From an uncultured bacterium (GTDB taxonomy: Bacteria > Verrucomicrobiota > Kiritimatiellia > RFP12 > UBA1067): DNA of 64,000 nucleotides. The notes under the pieces are model-generated. The model made no database searches. It was not told where the DNA came from and was given only the letters and a program-made list of their open reading frames with translations. The position numbers and the translations under genes are program-made. The stretch spans positions 14,462 to 78,461 of the forward strand of contig CACWIW010000006.1 of the NCBI GenBank assembly GCA_902761035.1, given 5' to 3'. Shown piece by piece: positions 1 through 8,572 of this stretch (positions are counted from its first letter, which is position 1; every line of letters begins with the position of its first letter).

Positions 1-826
1 TCCGCGCTCGGCGGTGTGCAGGATTTCCGTGAAGCTCCCGCGATTGTCGCAGTGCATCGTGAGCGGGTAGGAGAACTGGTCTTCGGGCAGGTAGCTGAGG
101 TACGTCGCGTAGAGCTTCTTCGCGAAGCCATCCCGCTGGTCCGGCACGTTGAGCGTTTGCGGCTCATCCACAAACGTCTCAATCAAATCAACAATCTCCC
201 CCAACGTCTTCGTATAGCTCGGCTCAACAGAGAGAACCGGTAGGGCGCGCGCCCCGCGCGCGCCGCCCCCTACCAAACCCAAACACTCCACAAAACTCTC
301 TACCACATCATCGATGTACACCAATGTCACGGTCGCGGCGCGGTCGCGCACCTGGATGTCGAGTCCGCGCGCACGGTTGTGGCACCACGTGGCGACGGCG
401 CTGTTGTAGTTCGGCCGACACCACTTGCCAAACACGTTCGCCAGCCTGTACACGAACACCGCCGCCCCCGTACGCTCCCCATACGCGCGCACCGCGTCCT
501 CCGCCGCGCGCTTGCTCACGCCGTAGGGGTTGTCCAGCGCGGCCTGGATGCTTGAGCTCAACAGCACGGGCACGGGACGCCGTTCCAGTAGCGCGAGCAG
601 TTCCTCGGTGAACCCGGTGTTGCCCGTCGCGAACTCGGCGAGGTCCTTCGGACGATTCACGCCCGCGAGGTGGAATACGAAGTCGCATGTCCCCGCCCAC
701 TCCGCCAGCTCTTCCGGCGTGTTGTCGAGATCATAGCGCAGAACCTCAACGTCCTCCATCCGACTCAAGGCCAGACACAGATTCCGCCCCACGAACCCCT
801 TCGCACCAGTCACCAACACGCGCATG
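1..826 (-). CDS. NAD-dependent epimerase/dehydratase, FnlB/Cap5F-like reductase (C-terminus off window)
   Basis: Reverse-complement of 781-826 reads ATG CGC GTG TTG GTG ACT GGT GCG AAG GGG TTC GTG GGG CGG AAT = MRVLVTGAKGFVGRN (Rossmann GxxGxxG). The frame stays open to position 1. It lies downstream of the FnlA-like gene on the same strand, matching the fnlA-fnlB order. The six-frame track lists no ORF here only because there is no stop codon in the window. Confidence 0.6.
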
Positions 827-839
827 ATGGCAATCCTCC

Positions 840-1898
840 TTATGCGTTGTCCAGACCGAACGCCTCGCGCACACACGCGAGCTTAAGGAGCAGCTTCTTC
901 ATGCCTTCGACGTCAAGCCGCTCTGTGTTGTTCGAGTCATAGTCCTCGATCGTCGGCGCGATCGTCTTGCCTTCCACGAAGTACTTGTCGTAGTTGAGGT
1001 CGCGCGTATCGGCGGGAATACGGAAATAATTACCCATGTCAATTGCCTTGTCCATCTCCTCGCGCGTCACGAGCGTCTCGAACTTCTTCTCGCCGTGGCG
1101 CGTGCCGATCACCTGCATCTTCGAAGACGATCCGCTCAGCTCGAGGATGGCCTGCGCGAGCGTGCCGATCGTGGCGGCAGGAGCCTTCTGCACAAAGAGA
1201 TCGCCATTTACGCCGTGTTCAAAGGCGAAGAGGACAAGATCCACCGCCTCATCGAGCGTCATCATGAAGCGCGTCATGTCAGGATCGGTCACGGTGATGT
1301 CCTTGCCAGCCTTGATCTGTTCAATGAAGAGCGGAATCACGCTGCCGCGGCTCGCCATCACATTGCCATAGCGCGTGCAGCAGATTGTGGTTCGGGCATC
1401 GCGACCGAGGGCGCGGCCCTTGGCGATCGCGACCTTTTCCATGAGAGCCTTCGACATGCCCATCGCGTTGATCGGGTAGGCGGCCTTGTCCGTGGAAAGC
1501 ACCACCACGCGCGAGACGCCATGCGCGATGGCGCTCTCGATCACGTTGTTCGTACCGAGCACGTTCGTGTGTACGGCTTCTATCGGGAAAAACTCGCAGC
1601 TCGGTACCTGCTTCAATGCTGCGGCGGCGAACACATAGTCCACCCCACGCATCACGCCGTCCACGCTCGCACGGTCGCGCACGTCGCCGATGTAGAACTT
1701 CACCTTGTCGTTCTGCAGCTCGTGGCGCATATCGTCCTGCTTCTTCTCGTCACGCGAGAAGATGCGGATTTCGCGGAAGTCGTTGATGCACCGCTTCAAC
1801 ACGGCGTGGCCGAAAGAACCCGTCCCGCCGGTAATCAAGAGTACTTTGTCGTCAAACATGGGTAATAGTATATCACATTTTTCGGCGTCTAAAGTCAA
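840..1898 (-). CDS. UDP-N-acetylglucosamine 4,6-dehydratase/5-epimerase (FnlA/CapE/WbjB family, CapD-like)
   Basis: 352 aa with the LITGGTGSFG nucleotide-binding motif and a short-chain dehydratase fold. It sits beside the FnlB-like reductase and divergent from the WbuB-like GT4 gene. Confidence 0.75.
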   Translation of the reverse strand: MTLDAEKCDILLPMFDDKVLLITGGTGSFGHAVLKRCINDFREIRIFSRDEKKQDDMRHELQNDKVKFYIGDVRDRASVDGVMRGVDYVFAAAALKQVPSCEFFPIEAVHTNVLGTNNVIESAIAHGVSRVVVLSTDKAAYPINAMGMSKALMEKVAIAKGRALGRDARTTICCTRYGNVMASRGSVIPLFIEQIKAGKDITVTDPDMTRFMMTLDEAVDLVLFAFEHGVNGDLFVQKAPAATIGTLAQAILELSGSSSKMQVIGTRHGEKKFETLVTREEMDKAIDMGNYFRIPADTRDLNYDKYFVEGKTIAPTIEDYDSNNTERLDVEGMKKLLLKLACVREAFGLDNA

Positions 1899-1942
1899 AA
1901 GTCCAAAAACCTTTGTCTTTCGTCATTTGTCTTCTGTCCTCC
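1886..1942. repeat. Partial copy of the pyrimidine-arm hairpin repeat (GTCC/TTTGTC motif) in the divergent promoter region
   Basis: gtctaaagtcaaaagtccaaaaacctttgtctttcgtcatttgtcttctgtcctcc resembles the Y-arm of the repeats at 3148, 4117 and 5772. Confidence 0.4.
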
Positions 1943-1976
1943 ATCCCCAAGGAATTGTGCTATACTATCCGCGCAC

Positions 1977-3137
1977 ATGAGCAAAGTCTTAGTCATCGTC
2001 GAGCGGTTCTATCCCGAGGATTTCCTCGTGAACGACCTTGTCGCGGAGTGGAAGAAACTCGGCGACGAGGTGGAAGTGCTCACCCAGGTGCCCAGTTACC
2101 CCTTCGACCGCATCTTCGACGGCTACAAGAACAAAGCCTACCAGACCACGCGCGAATACCTCGACATTCCCGTCCACCGCGTGAGCACCATCTTCGGCTA
2201 CAACACGAGCGTGAAGCGCAAGGTGCTCAACTACCTCCACTTCGGCTGGATGACGTTCTGGTGGGCGCTCTGGAACGGACGCAAGTACGACCGCGTGTTC
2301 GTGTACCACACGGCCGCCCTCACGATGGCGAGCGCCCTCTTTGCGCTCAAGACCGTCTGGCGCAAGCCCACCACGATCTGGACCCAGGACCTCTGGCCCG
2401 ACGCCGTCTGGGGCTTTGGCTTCCGGCGTACGCGCGGACGCGAAGCGTTTCTCAACTGGTTCGTGCGCCGCATCTACAAACGCTGCGACCGCATCTGCGT
2501 GAGCTGTCGGGGGTTCGTGCCGCGCATCCGAGAAATCTGCAACCGCGAGGCCGAATTCATCCCGCAGTGGGACCCCGCGCCGATGGACCTTCCCCCATCG
2601 CCGCCACACGCGGGAATTGTCTTCATGTTCGCGGGCAATCTCGGCGTACCGCAGGATCTCGACAACGTGCTCGAGGGCTTCACCCACGCGAACATCCCCG
2701 GCGCGGAACTCCACTTCGTCGGCGGCGGCGTACAGCTCGAACACCTCAAGGAGAAGGCGGCAACGTGCGGCGCGTCGGTCAAGTTCCACGGACGCCAGCC
2801 GAAGGCGGACATGCCGCGCTGGTTCGCGCAGGCGGACGCGCTGATCATTTCGCTCACGCCAGAATACCAGCTCACCCTGCCCGGGAAGTTCCAGAGTTAC
2901 ATCAAGACCGGCAAGCCGATTCTCGGCATCCTCCTCGGCGACGCACGCGAACTGATCGAGGAACACCAGCTCGGCATCACCGCCGACCCCGATGACGTCA
3001 CCGCCATCGCCGATGCCTTCCGTCGCATGGCGGAACTCATCCGCCGCGGCGACGGTCCATCCTGTGGCGCGCGCGCGCGCGAGCTCTCAGAGCAAATGTT
3101 CGACCGCTCGCGCCTCATCGCCGCGCTCCGCGCGTAG
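1977..3137 (+). CDS. Glycosyltransferase family 4 (WbuB-like L-FucNAc transferase type)
   Basis: 386 aa. It has the GT4 C-terminal signature (FMFAGNLG ... GKPILGIL) and is divergent from the fnlA/fnlB-like genes. Confidence 0.7.
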   Translation: MSKVLVIVERFYPEDFLVNDLVAEWKKLGDEVEVLTQVPSYPFDRIFDGYKNKAYQTTREYLDIPVHRVSTIFGYNTSVKRKVLNYLHFGWMTFWWALWNGRKYDRVFVYHTAALTMASALFALKTVWRKPTTIWTQDLWPDAVWGFGFRRTRGREAFLNWFVRRIYKRCDRICVSCRGFVPRIREICNREAEFIPQWDPAPMDLPPSPPHAGIVFMFAGNLGVPQDLDNVLEGFTHANIPGAELHFVGGGVQLEHLKEKAATCGASVKFHGRQPKADMPRWFAQADALIISLTPEYQLTLPGKFQSYIKTGKPILGILLGDARELIEEHQLGITADPDDVTAIADAFRRMAELIRRGDGPSCGARARELSEQMFDRSRLIAALRA

Positions 3138-3147
3138 CCATCACAAT

Positions 3148-3316
3148 GTCCAAGGTCCCAAGTCCTAAATCCTTTGTCTTCCGTCCTCTGTCCTTTGTCC
3201 TCTTCCCGTTTTAGGACAGAAGACGAAAGACAAAAGACAAAGGCCTTTAGGACAGAGGACAAAAGACGAAGGACAAAGGCTGGAGGACGAAAGACTAAAG
3301 GACGAAAGACGAAGAC
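3148..3316. repeat. Hairpin repeat copy 1 (pyrimidine-rich arm GTCCTTTGTCCTC ... loop ... purine-rich arm AGGACAAAAGACAAAGG)
   Basis: Begins gtccaaggtcccaagtcc. A Y-arm is followed by the loop cgtttt and then three R-arms. Copies also occur at 4117 and 5772. The sequence is translated into spurious low-complexity ORFs (FVFCPSSSVLK). Confidence 0.75.
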
Positions 3317-3360
3317 CGGCGCTTCGCACGTTCCTTGAAGACCGAGCGACTTGCTGCGGC

Positions 3361-4074
3361 TCACACGTTTCGCGTGAAGTCGCACTCCGGATACCCGGTA
3401 CAGCCCCAGAACTCGTTCCCTGCGTTACGGCCCTTGCGCGCCAGTATCTTGTGGAGGTTACGCCCACATCGCGGACATTTCGGGGTGTCGCCGTGGTTCA
3501 CACGCGCGTTCTCGTCGCGTACCGCGATTCGTGCCCGGCTCATCCGCTCGGTGAAACCGCCCTCCACGAGGAACGCATCGACCGTCTTGTCCATCTGGCC
3601 CTTCAGGAGCGCGGCGGCCCGGCGGATGGTAATCAGGATCGCATTCGCGGCAATGAGCGGGTCTTCGTTCTCCAGCCATTCGACACAACGCAGCCGCATC
3701 GCCAGGATGTATTTCCCGAACTCATGATCAAGGTCGTCCAATGCGTCGAAAGCGTCCAGTTGCAGTGCCTTGACCGCCTGATAGCGTTCGTCAGACTGCG
3801 ACCACGGCGCTTCGCCTGCATCCACAAGGTAGACTTCGTAATCACCGGCCAACTCGTCAAGCGAGCCCTTCGCGACATCGAGCTGACGCAGTTCCTGTTC
3901 TTTCGAGGTTGCGGCACGGGATGAGGCCTCCACGATGTTCTGGCGTGCGCTCCTGGCTGCGCCGACCATCTGTCCGACGGTCTTGCCGAGGGCATCGTTC
4001 TTGTAGTTGAAGTTGCGCTTGCAGAAAAGCGTCGTCGCATGATACACGAGGCACGTGAACCCGAAGGAGTACAT
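3361..4074 (-). CDS. Four-helix-bundle protein (TIGR02436 / 23S-rRNA-IVS / Avd-like) fused to a C-terminal topoisomerase-type C4 zinc ribbon
   Basis: The N-terminal half matches the four-helix-bundle family (KNDALGKT...NIVEAS...LDVAKGSLDELAGDYEVYL, compare ARGSLYELETQ of the paralog at 31409). The C-terminus CPRCGRNLHKILARKGRNAGNEFWGCTGYPECDF is a zf-C4_Topoisom motif. The track ORF 3361..4308 runs into repeat copy 2, and the start chosen here is the Met codon at 4072-4074. Confidence 0.55.
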   Translation of the reverse strand: MYSFGFTCLVYHATTLFCKRNFNYKNDALGKTVGQMVGAARSARQNIVEASSRAATSKEQELRQLDVAKGSLDELAGDYEVYLVDAGEAPWSQSDERYQAVKALQLDAFDALDDLDHEFGKYILAMRLRCVEWLENEDPLIAANAILITIRRAAALLKGQMDKTVDAFLVEGGFTERMSRARIAVRDENARVNHGDTPKCPRCGRNLHKILARKGRNAGNEFWGCTGYPECDFTRNV

Positions 4075-4116
4075 CTTTCGGTATCCGCCGTAATGGCCAA
4101 TGATCCGAAAACGTCC

Positions 4117-4300
4117 CGTCGCTTCGCGCGTCACGTGGTCCAAGGTCCTAAATCCTTTGTCCGTTGTCATCTGTCCTTTGTCCTTTCTCTTTTTTAGGAC
4201 AGAGGACGAAGGACAAAAGACAAAGGCCCGTCGCTTCGCGCGTTCCATTGTCCAAAGTCCTTTTGTCCTATCATCCTCTGTCCTTTGTCTTATGTCCTTT
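4117..4300. repeat. Hairpin repeat copy 2 (1.5 units)
   Basis: cgtcgcttcgcgcg + gtccaaggtcctaaatcctttgtcc ... ttttttaggacagaggacgaaggacaaaagacaaagg, then a second Y-arm. Confidence 0.75.
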
Positions 4301-4304
4301 GTCC

Positions 4305-5402
4305 TCAATCCTGTTGCTTCAGCAAATACCTGTTCGACACGATCTTGAAATGCGTGTCGTCGATCCCGTCCGAAGCCTTCAGCACGATTCCCTCCCGCTC
4401 GTTGCCGCGCAAGGTCTTGCCCTCTGCAAACTGAAGCGCAGCATCCATGGTCGTGACCTCGTCAAAGAAAGGGAAATCCTCATGCAACACCTGCACATGC
4501 GGAATCGCAAGCTTCGCGCAAAACGCCACGCGGTCGCGCGGCATCATGAAACGCTGTGCGCACACATCCCAGATTCTGAAAACATGGAACTCGTACTCCG
4601 GGTAACGGTCACGGTCGGCGTTGATTCCAGGACCGACCAATTCACCCTGCAACGCGATCTCAAGGTGCGATTCCTCAAAGACCTCCCTGAGCTTCGCCTC
4701 GATGTCGTATTTCACGGCAACCTGCCAGAACGCAGAGACCGTGCCCCCTTCCATCGGACGCTTCAGCCGCAGGTTCCGTGAGCAGACGCCGAACGGCTCC
4801 TCGGGATCGATTGTCGGCGAAAAGAACATCGTCGCGGACGAACCGTCGTCTTTCGCCGTGATTTCAAAGCGACGTCCCTTCAGCGACGTGAAATACTCGG
4901 TCAATCCTTGAAGCCGCTCCTCGTCGCTCTTTGGAATGTACGAAGGGAACGCCCCCATCGCGTCGGCGTTCAGCGGGTTCCCCATGGCGGGCTGCAACTG
5001 TTCCTTCACTTCGTCATAGTGGTCGACTTTCAGTAGGGCAGTAAGGTCTGCACCCTCAGCCATTCCCTCCGCCTCGGGAAAAGCCGAAGCGGGCATAAGC
5101 AGCCCCTGCGACACAACGCCGCGAAGTTTCGCGGTCTTGATGCGGAACCCCTCGCGAAGCACGCCACCGCTCTTTGACACGAACTTGCGAAGACACCGCT
5201 CGCGCAGAAACGCATAACGCTCGTCGTCCGGCGGGAGATAGCTGTCGATTTCAAAGTAGACAGCCCTGTCGCCCGGCGCGAACTCATCGCGCCCGGTGAC
5301 CACGCGCCACCCCTTGCCCTTCATCGTAGCCACGGAAAGCCGTTCCGTATCGGGGATTGGATCGCACGAGGCGATCTCCACCACTGATGCCAGTTTTCTC
5401 AT
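4305..5402 (-). CDS. ATP-dependent RNA ligase, DRB0094 (DraRnl/Rnl5-like) family
   Basis: MRKLASVVEIASCDPIPDTERLSVATMKGKGWRVVTGRDEFAPGDRAVYFEIDSYLP matches the family N-terminus. Nucleotidyltransferase motif I is ITAKDDGSS (KxDG). The likely start is Met17 of the track ORF. Confidence 0.7.
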   Translation of the reverse strand: MRKLASVVEIASCDPIPDTERLSVATMKGKGWRVVTGRDEFAPGDRAVYFEIDSYLPPDDERYAFLRERCLRKFVSKSGGVLREGFRIKTAKLRGVVSQGLLMPASAFPEAEGMAEGADLTALLKVDHYDEVKEQLQPAMGNPLNADAMGAFPSYIPKSDEERLQGLTEYFTSLKGRRFEITAKDDGSSATMFFSPTIDPEEPFGVCSRNLRLKRPMEGGTVSAFWQVAVKYDIEAKLREVFEESHLEIALQGELVGPGINADRDRYPEYEFHVFRIWDVCAQRFMMPRDRVAFCAKLAIPHVQVLHEDFPFFDEVTTMDAALQFAEGKTLRGNEREGIVLKASDGIDDTHFKIVSNRYLLKQQD

Positions 5403-5727
5403 TGAGACACTCCTGTTGTTACTCTGTTGAAACGGCCTTGCGGCCGCCATGCGGCATCCTCGCCACTCGACAGTGACGCCGCACCAGCAGTAACCCCACG
5501 CAGGAACAGCTCTGCATGGTCAGGAATAGGCCCTGCCTCGCCAACCCTTTCGGGCATTCCGCGTTTTTCAGCGGATGAACTCGCTACCCGGCCCAAGAGG
5601 ATCCCATGCACTCCAGTCATGGGTCCCGTCCGGACGGCTCCCGCTGTATAGCCCCACCGAGGGCATCAATTCCCGAGAGCGTCGATAGTGTAGCACACCC
5701 CTCACTGTGGCACAAGCGCAAAATCCC

Positions 5728-5757
5728 TAAAAAAACGAGCGGCAGCGCCACCGCGCC
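5728..5757 (-). terminator. Putative intrinsic terminator (minus strand)
   Basis: On the minus strand, a GC-rich imperfect stem gcggcggcgc/gcgctgccgc is followed by tttttttag. Confidence 0.35.
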
Positions 5758-5771
5758 GCCGCCTTCTCACA

Positions 5772-5960
5772 CCGTCCAAAGTCCAATGTCCAAAGTCCTA
5801 CATCCTCTGTCTTCTGTCCTCTGTCCTTTGTCCTCTCGTCCCGTCCCATCCTTTGTCTTCTGTCCTCTGTCCTTTGTCCTCTTCCCTTTTAGGACAAAAG
5901 ACGAAGGACAAAAGACAAAGGCCTTTAGGACAAAGGACAAAAGACAAAGGTGAAGGACGA
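5772..5960. repeat. Hairpin repeat copy 3 (two Y-arms, loop, two R-arms)
   Basis: gtccaaagtccaatgtccaaagtcc ... gtcctctgtcctttgtcctcttccctttt aggacaaaagacgaaggacaaaagacaaagg cctttaggacaaaggacaaaagacaaagg. Confidence 0.75.
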
Positions 5961-6046
5961 GCGACTCCCCCCTAGCCCCCCACGCGCCAAGCGGCGCGCG
6001 CGTCCTGTTCTGCGGCATATCATGCCGCAGTCCCCTCACATCCCCC

Positions 6047-6090
6047 TCCAAAAAAATCAGCGGCGGCACCACCGCGCCACCGCTCACCTC
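6047..6090 (-). terminator. Putative intrinsic terminator downstream of the Wzy-like gene
   Basis: The minus strand reads agcggtggcgc ggtggt gccgccgct followed by gattttttt. It is near-identical in architecture to the 5728 hairpin and lies on the other side of repeat copy 3. Confidence 0.4.
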
Positions 6091-6118
6091 ACGCCATCCA
6101 GCCACAAACCACTACCAA

Positions 6119-7714
6119 CTACCCCTTCAACCCATACCGCCTCACCGTGCGCTCGCTCTCAACCATCCGCCGGCGGCCAGATGCATCTTCCACAAGTTCA
6201 AAAGCTGGAGCGGTCATCTGGAATCCCATGCTCGCCCACTGTTGCTCAAGTTGGCGGCGGTAGAGAAGATACGTATCAATCGTAAACCCGCCGACCACAC
6301 CTATCATCCAGAGGATGCCCCCCGTTCCCCCAGGCGAAAAAAGCGTCGCCTCACCCATGTTCGTAACGAGCATGACAGTAAACAACGAAAGTGTGACGAT
6401 ATATTTGCGCCGAACACAGGCACCACAAAACGAAAAGATGAAAATGAGGAAGCACGTTTCCCCAAGTATCCCCGTCTCCCCCAGCACCATCACAGGCGCA
6501 ACGCCTTTCTCAATAGGGGCGGAAAAGATGAATCCCTTACTGCGTGCCACAAGATCTTGCGTATATTCGGCCACTTGGAATCCGCTTCCAATCAAAGGCT
6601 TGCGCTTGAACTCATAAAGACTTTGCTCCATCAACCCCAGTCGACTTGACGTCATCGCCTCGCCCAATGACCGTTGATCCTCCTCTTCCTCATTCGTCTT
6701 GCGCATCCACCGCGACATGGTTCCCGTAGTCAACTGGGCGACAACGGCCACAACCACGAGCAAGGCACCACTCACCATGATTCCCCGACTGAGACGTTCC
6801 CGCAACCCCGGCGGCAACTGAACTTTTCGCGCCGCATAAAACGCACTCATATACATCGCGGCAACAACGGAAATCAGACCTACACGCGACCGCGTCATAT
6901 AGACAAGCGGCAGAGCGAAAACAATGATGCTCAGATGCAACCAGCGGAAACGACGTTCGAGGAGGAGCATGTCGCAGAGCACCCATCCCACCGTCAACGC
7001 GAGAAGTGGCGCAAAGGTCTGCGCGTGGTTCGTTATACCACCAAAAAGGGACATACCTCCCGCTGCCTGTATCTGCTGGTAGACCTCATCGGCCACTGCA
7101 AATCTATCGTTCTCAAGCCACCATTGAAGAGTTGTGGAATAGCCGATACTGGGTATGGCCATCATCGGGATACTGCCAAAAACCAACACAAACGCCAATG
7201 CAAGGAAGAAACTCCGAAGAACAAGTACATCTTTCGGGCGTTCCTGGAGATTCTGTGTGCCAAACCAAATGCCAAACAGGAAGACACAAAAGTTTGTCAA
7301 CTTGATCAGGCTCACGCTGGGAGCCCATCCATCCACCGACGAAACGATTGCCGCCAGGACAAAAGGAACAATCCCAATCAGAGGCAACTTGTGCCGTCCC
7401 TGCCGTGACGCGCCACGCATAGCCAATATCAAGCCAATCAGAAGAGGTCCAAAGCGAATTGAAGCACCCCATAAAGACGACGCAGCCCCCGTGATCCCGT
7501 GGTTCAGGATGGCAAAAAAAGGCATCATAACGAAAAACACAAGCGCCCATCCCAAATTGTTCGCGAATGCCATGCATACACCAACCAAGGTATAAACAGG
7601 CATGATGTATCCACGCGTCAGACGGCAAAGGACAATGGTAAATACCGTAAAGATCACCATTCTAAAGGTGAGCTTATAGATGTCCGTGTCTTTATAAAAA
7701 TTCGACTGGTTCAT
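6119..7714 (-). CDS. O-antigen polymerase/ligase family membrane protein (Wzy_C-like), polytopic
   Basis: 531 aa with more than 10 predicted TM helices and a large periplasmic loop, typical of Wzy/WaaL. It is the first gene of the lower-GC locus. Confidence 0.6.
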   Translation of the reverse strand: MNQSNFYKDTDIYKLTFRMVIFTVFTIVLCRLTRGYIMPVYTLVGVCMAFANNLGWALVFFVMMPFFAILNHGITGAASSLWGASIRFGPLLIGLILAMRGASRQGRHKLPLIGIVPFVLAAIVSSVDGWAPSVSLIKLTNFCVFLFGIWFGTQNLQERPKDVLVLRSFFLALAFVLVFGSIPMMAIPSIGYSTTLQWWLENDRFAVADEVYQQIQAAGGMSLFGGITNHAQTFAPLLALTVGWVLCDMLLLERRFRWLHLSIIVFALPLVYMTRSRVGLISVVAAMYMSAFYAARKVQLPPGLRERLSRGIMVSGALLVVVAVVAQLTTGTMSRWMRKTNEEEEDQRSLGEAMTSSRLGLMEQSLYEFKRKPLIGSGFQVAEYTQDLVARSKGFIFSAPIEKGVAPVMVLGETGILGETCFLIFIFSFCGACVRRKYIVTLSLFTVMLVTNMGEATLFSPGGTGGILWMIGVVGGFTIDTYLLYRRQLEQQWASMGFQMTAPAFELVEDASGRRRMVESERTVRRYGLKG

Positions 7715-7770
7715 GTGGAAAAATAGTATATCATATTTGGTGGGTGACGTGTACGCGCAAAAAGAATGAC

Positions 7771-8571
7771 CTACCGCTGTCGCTGTCGCAAATCACGAAC
7801 AAGTGAGTCGATCATGAATTGATACCACATCTGCATACGGGCGAACTGCCAGCCGGCGCGCCCATCGAGAAATCCAAGATGGAAGAAATACGTGTAGCAG
7901 AAACGCAGGAACGGACGGAAAGGTAAATGGCGGGCAAGGCGAATCAAGCTCCTTCGACGCGCCATTTTCCCGGAGACTTCTCCGTCCACGCATTCGTCTT
8001 TCACCAGGAGTTCAGCTTCTCGACGGGCATAATCCACATGTTTCGCAAACCATTCGGTAAGCCCCTTGGAGAAATTGTAGTGGATGTACGGTTCCTTCAA
8101 ATACCCAATTCCCCGCTGTGCCGCACCCTCGCGTTGACCATGGCCATGCCCCACGAACCGAATCTCACCGAGTTTGTGGAATCGCATCTGGTAAACAGGA
8201 AATCCCGTTGACCTTTTCAACCACTTGCCCCACATGATGTTTTTGTAGGAGCAGTAGTAGGCGCTCTTCTCGTCCTTGCGCACCACGTCATCGCACTCTT
8301 CCTTCAGCGCATCCGTAAAACGCTCGTCGGCATCGAGATCGAACACCCACTTGTACTTGAAGTCCGCATTGTCTATGGCGTAGTTCCGCTGGTCGCCAAA
8401 GTTGTCAAACTTGCGCGTCAGCAACTTGCACCCACGCTCCCTGGCGATTTCAACCGTGCGATCTGTGGAGCCTGAATCCAACACCCAGATGTCGTCACAC
8501 CACGAAATCGAATCAAGACAGGCGGGAAGATTGCCTTCCTCGTTGTATGTCAGGATCAGGATGGAAAACAT
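7771..8571 (-). CDS. Glycosyltransferase family 2
   Basis: The start is taken at MFSILILTYNEEGNLPACLDSI (GT2 DXD fold). Its start codon abuts the galE stop, indicating translational coupling. Confidence 0.7.
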   Translation of the reverse strand: MFSILILTYNEEGNLPACLDSISWCDDIWVLDSGSTDRTVEIARERGCKLLTRKFDNFGDQRNYAIDNADFKYKWVFDLDADERFTDALKEECDDVVRKDEKSAYYCSYKNIMWGKWLKRSTGFPVYQMRFHKLGEIRFVGHGHGQREGAAQRGIGYLKEPYIHYNFSKGLTEWFAKHVDYARREAELLVKDECVDGEVSGKMARRRSLIRLARHLPFRPFLRFCYTYFFHLGFLDGRAGWQFARMQMWYQFMIDSLVRDLRQRQR

Positions 8572-8572
8572 G

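Noticed and set aside
308-736. Track ORFs 308..700(-), 324..611(+) and 530..736(+) in the first 800 bp.
   Set aside because: These are GC-rich frame-shifted shadows of the real FnlB-like gene, which is in a different minus-strand frame running from 826 to the window edge.
1095-2995. Long antisense or alternative-frame ORFs (1095..1865 +, 1913..2995 +, 1989..2966 -, 2474..2875 -).
   Set aside because: They overlap well-supported genes (FnlA-like, GT4) and are Arg/Pro/Ala-rich, as expected for high-GC off-frame translation.
3361-4308. Full-length track ORF (315 aa) for the 4HB-Zn-ribbon gene.
   Set aside because: Its first 78 codons are a translation of hairpin repeat copy 2 (low-complexity KDKGQ/FVFCPSSSVLK), so the start was moved to the Met codon at 4072-4074. 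Other repeat-derived ORFs (2897..3385, 3165..3467, 4100..4348, 4164..4781, 5606..5953, 5767..6105) were rejected for the same reason.
5399-5651. Track ORFs 5399..5620(-) and 5427..5651(+).
   Set aside because: They are short and overlapping, with composition typical of non-coding high-GC DNA. The region is treated as a leader or possible ncRNA.
3148-5960. Hairpin repeats, TAGTCGN arrays and ppd-fragment units as a possible CRISPR array.
   Set aside because: There are no regularly spaced identical direct repeats with unique spacers. Unit spacing is kilobases and filled with genes. No cas genes are present.
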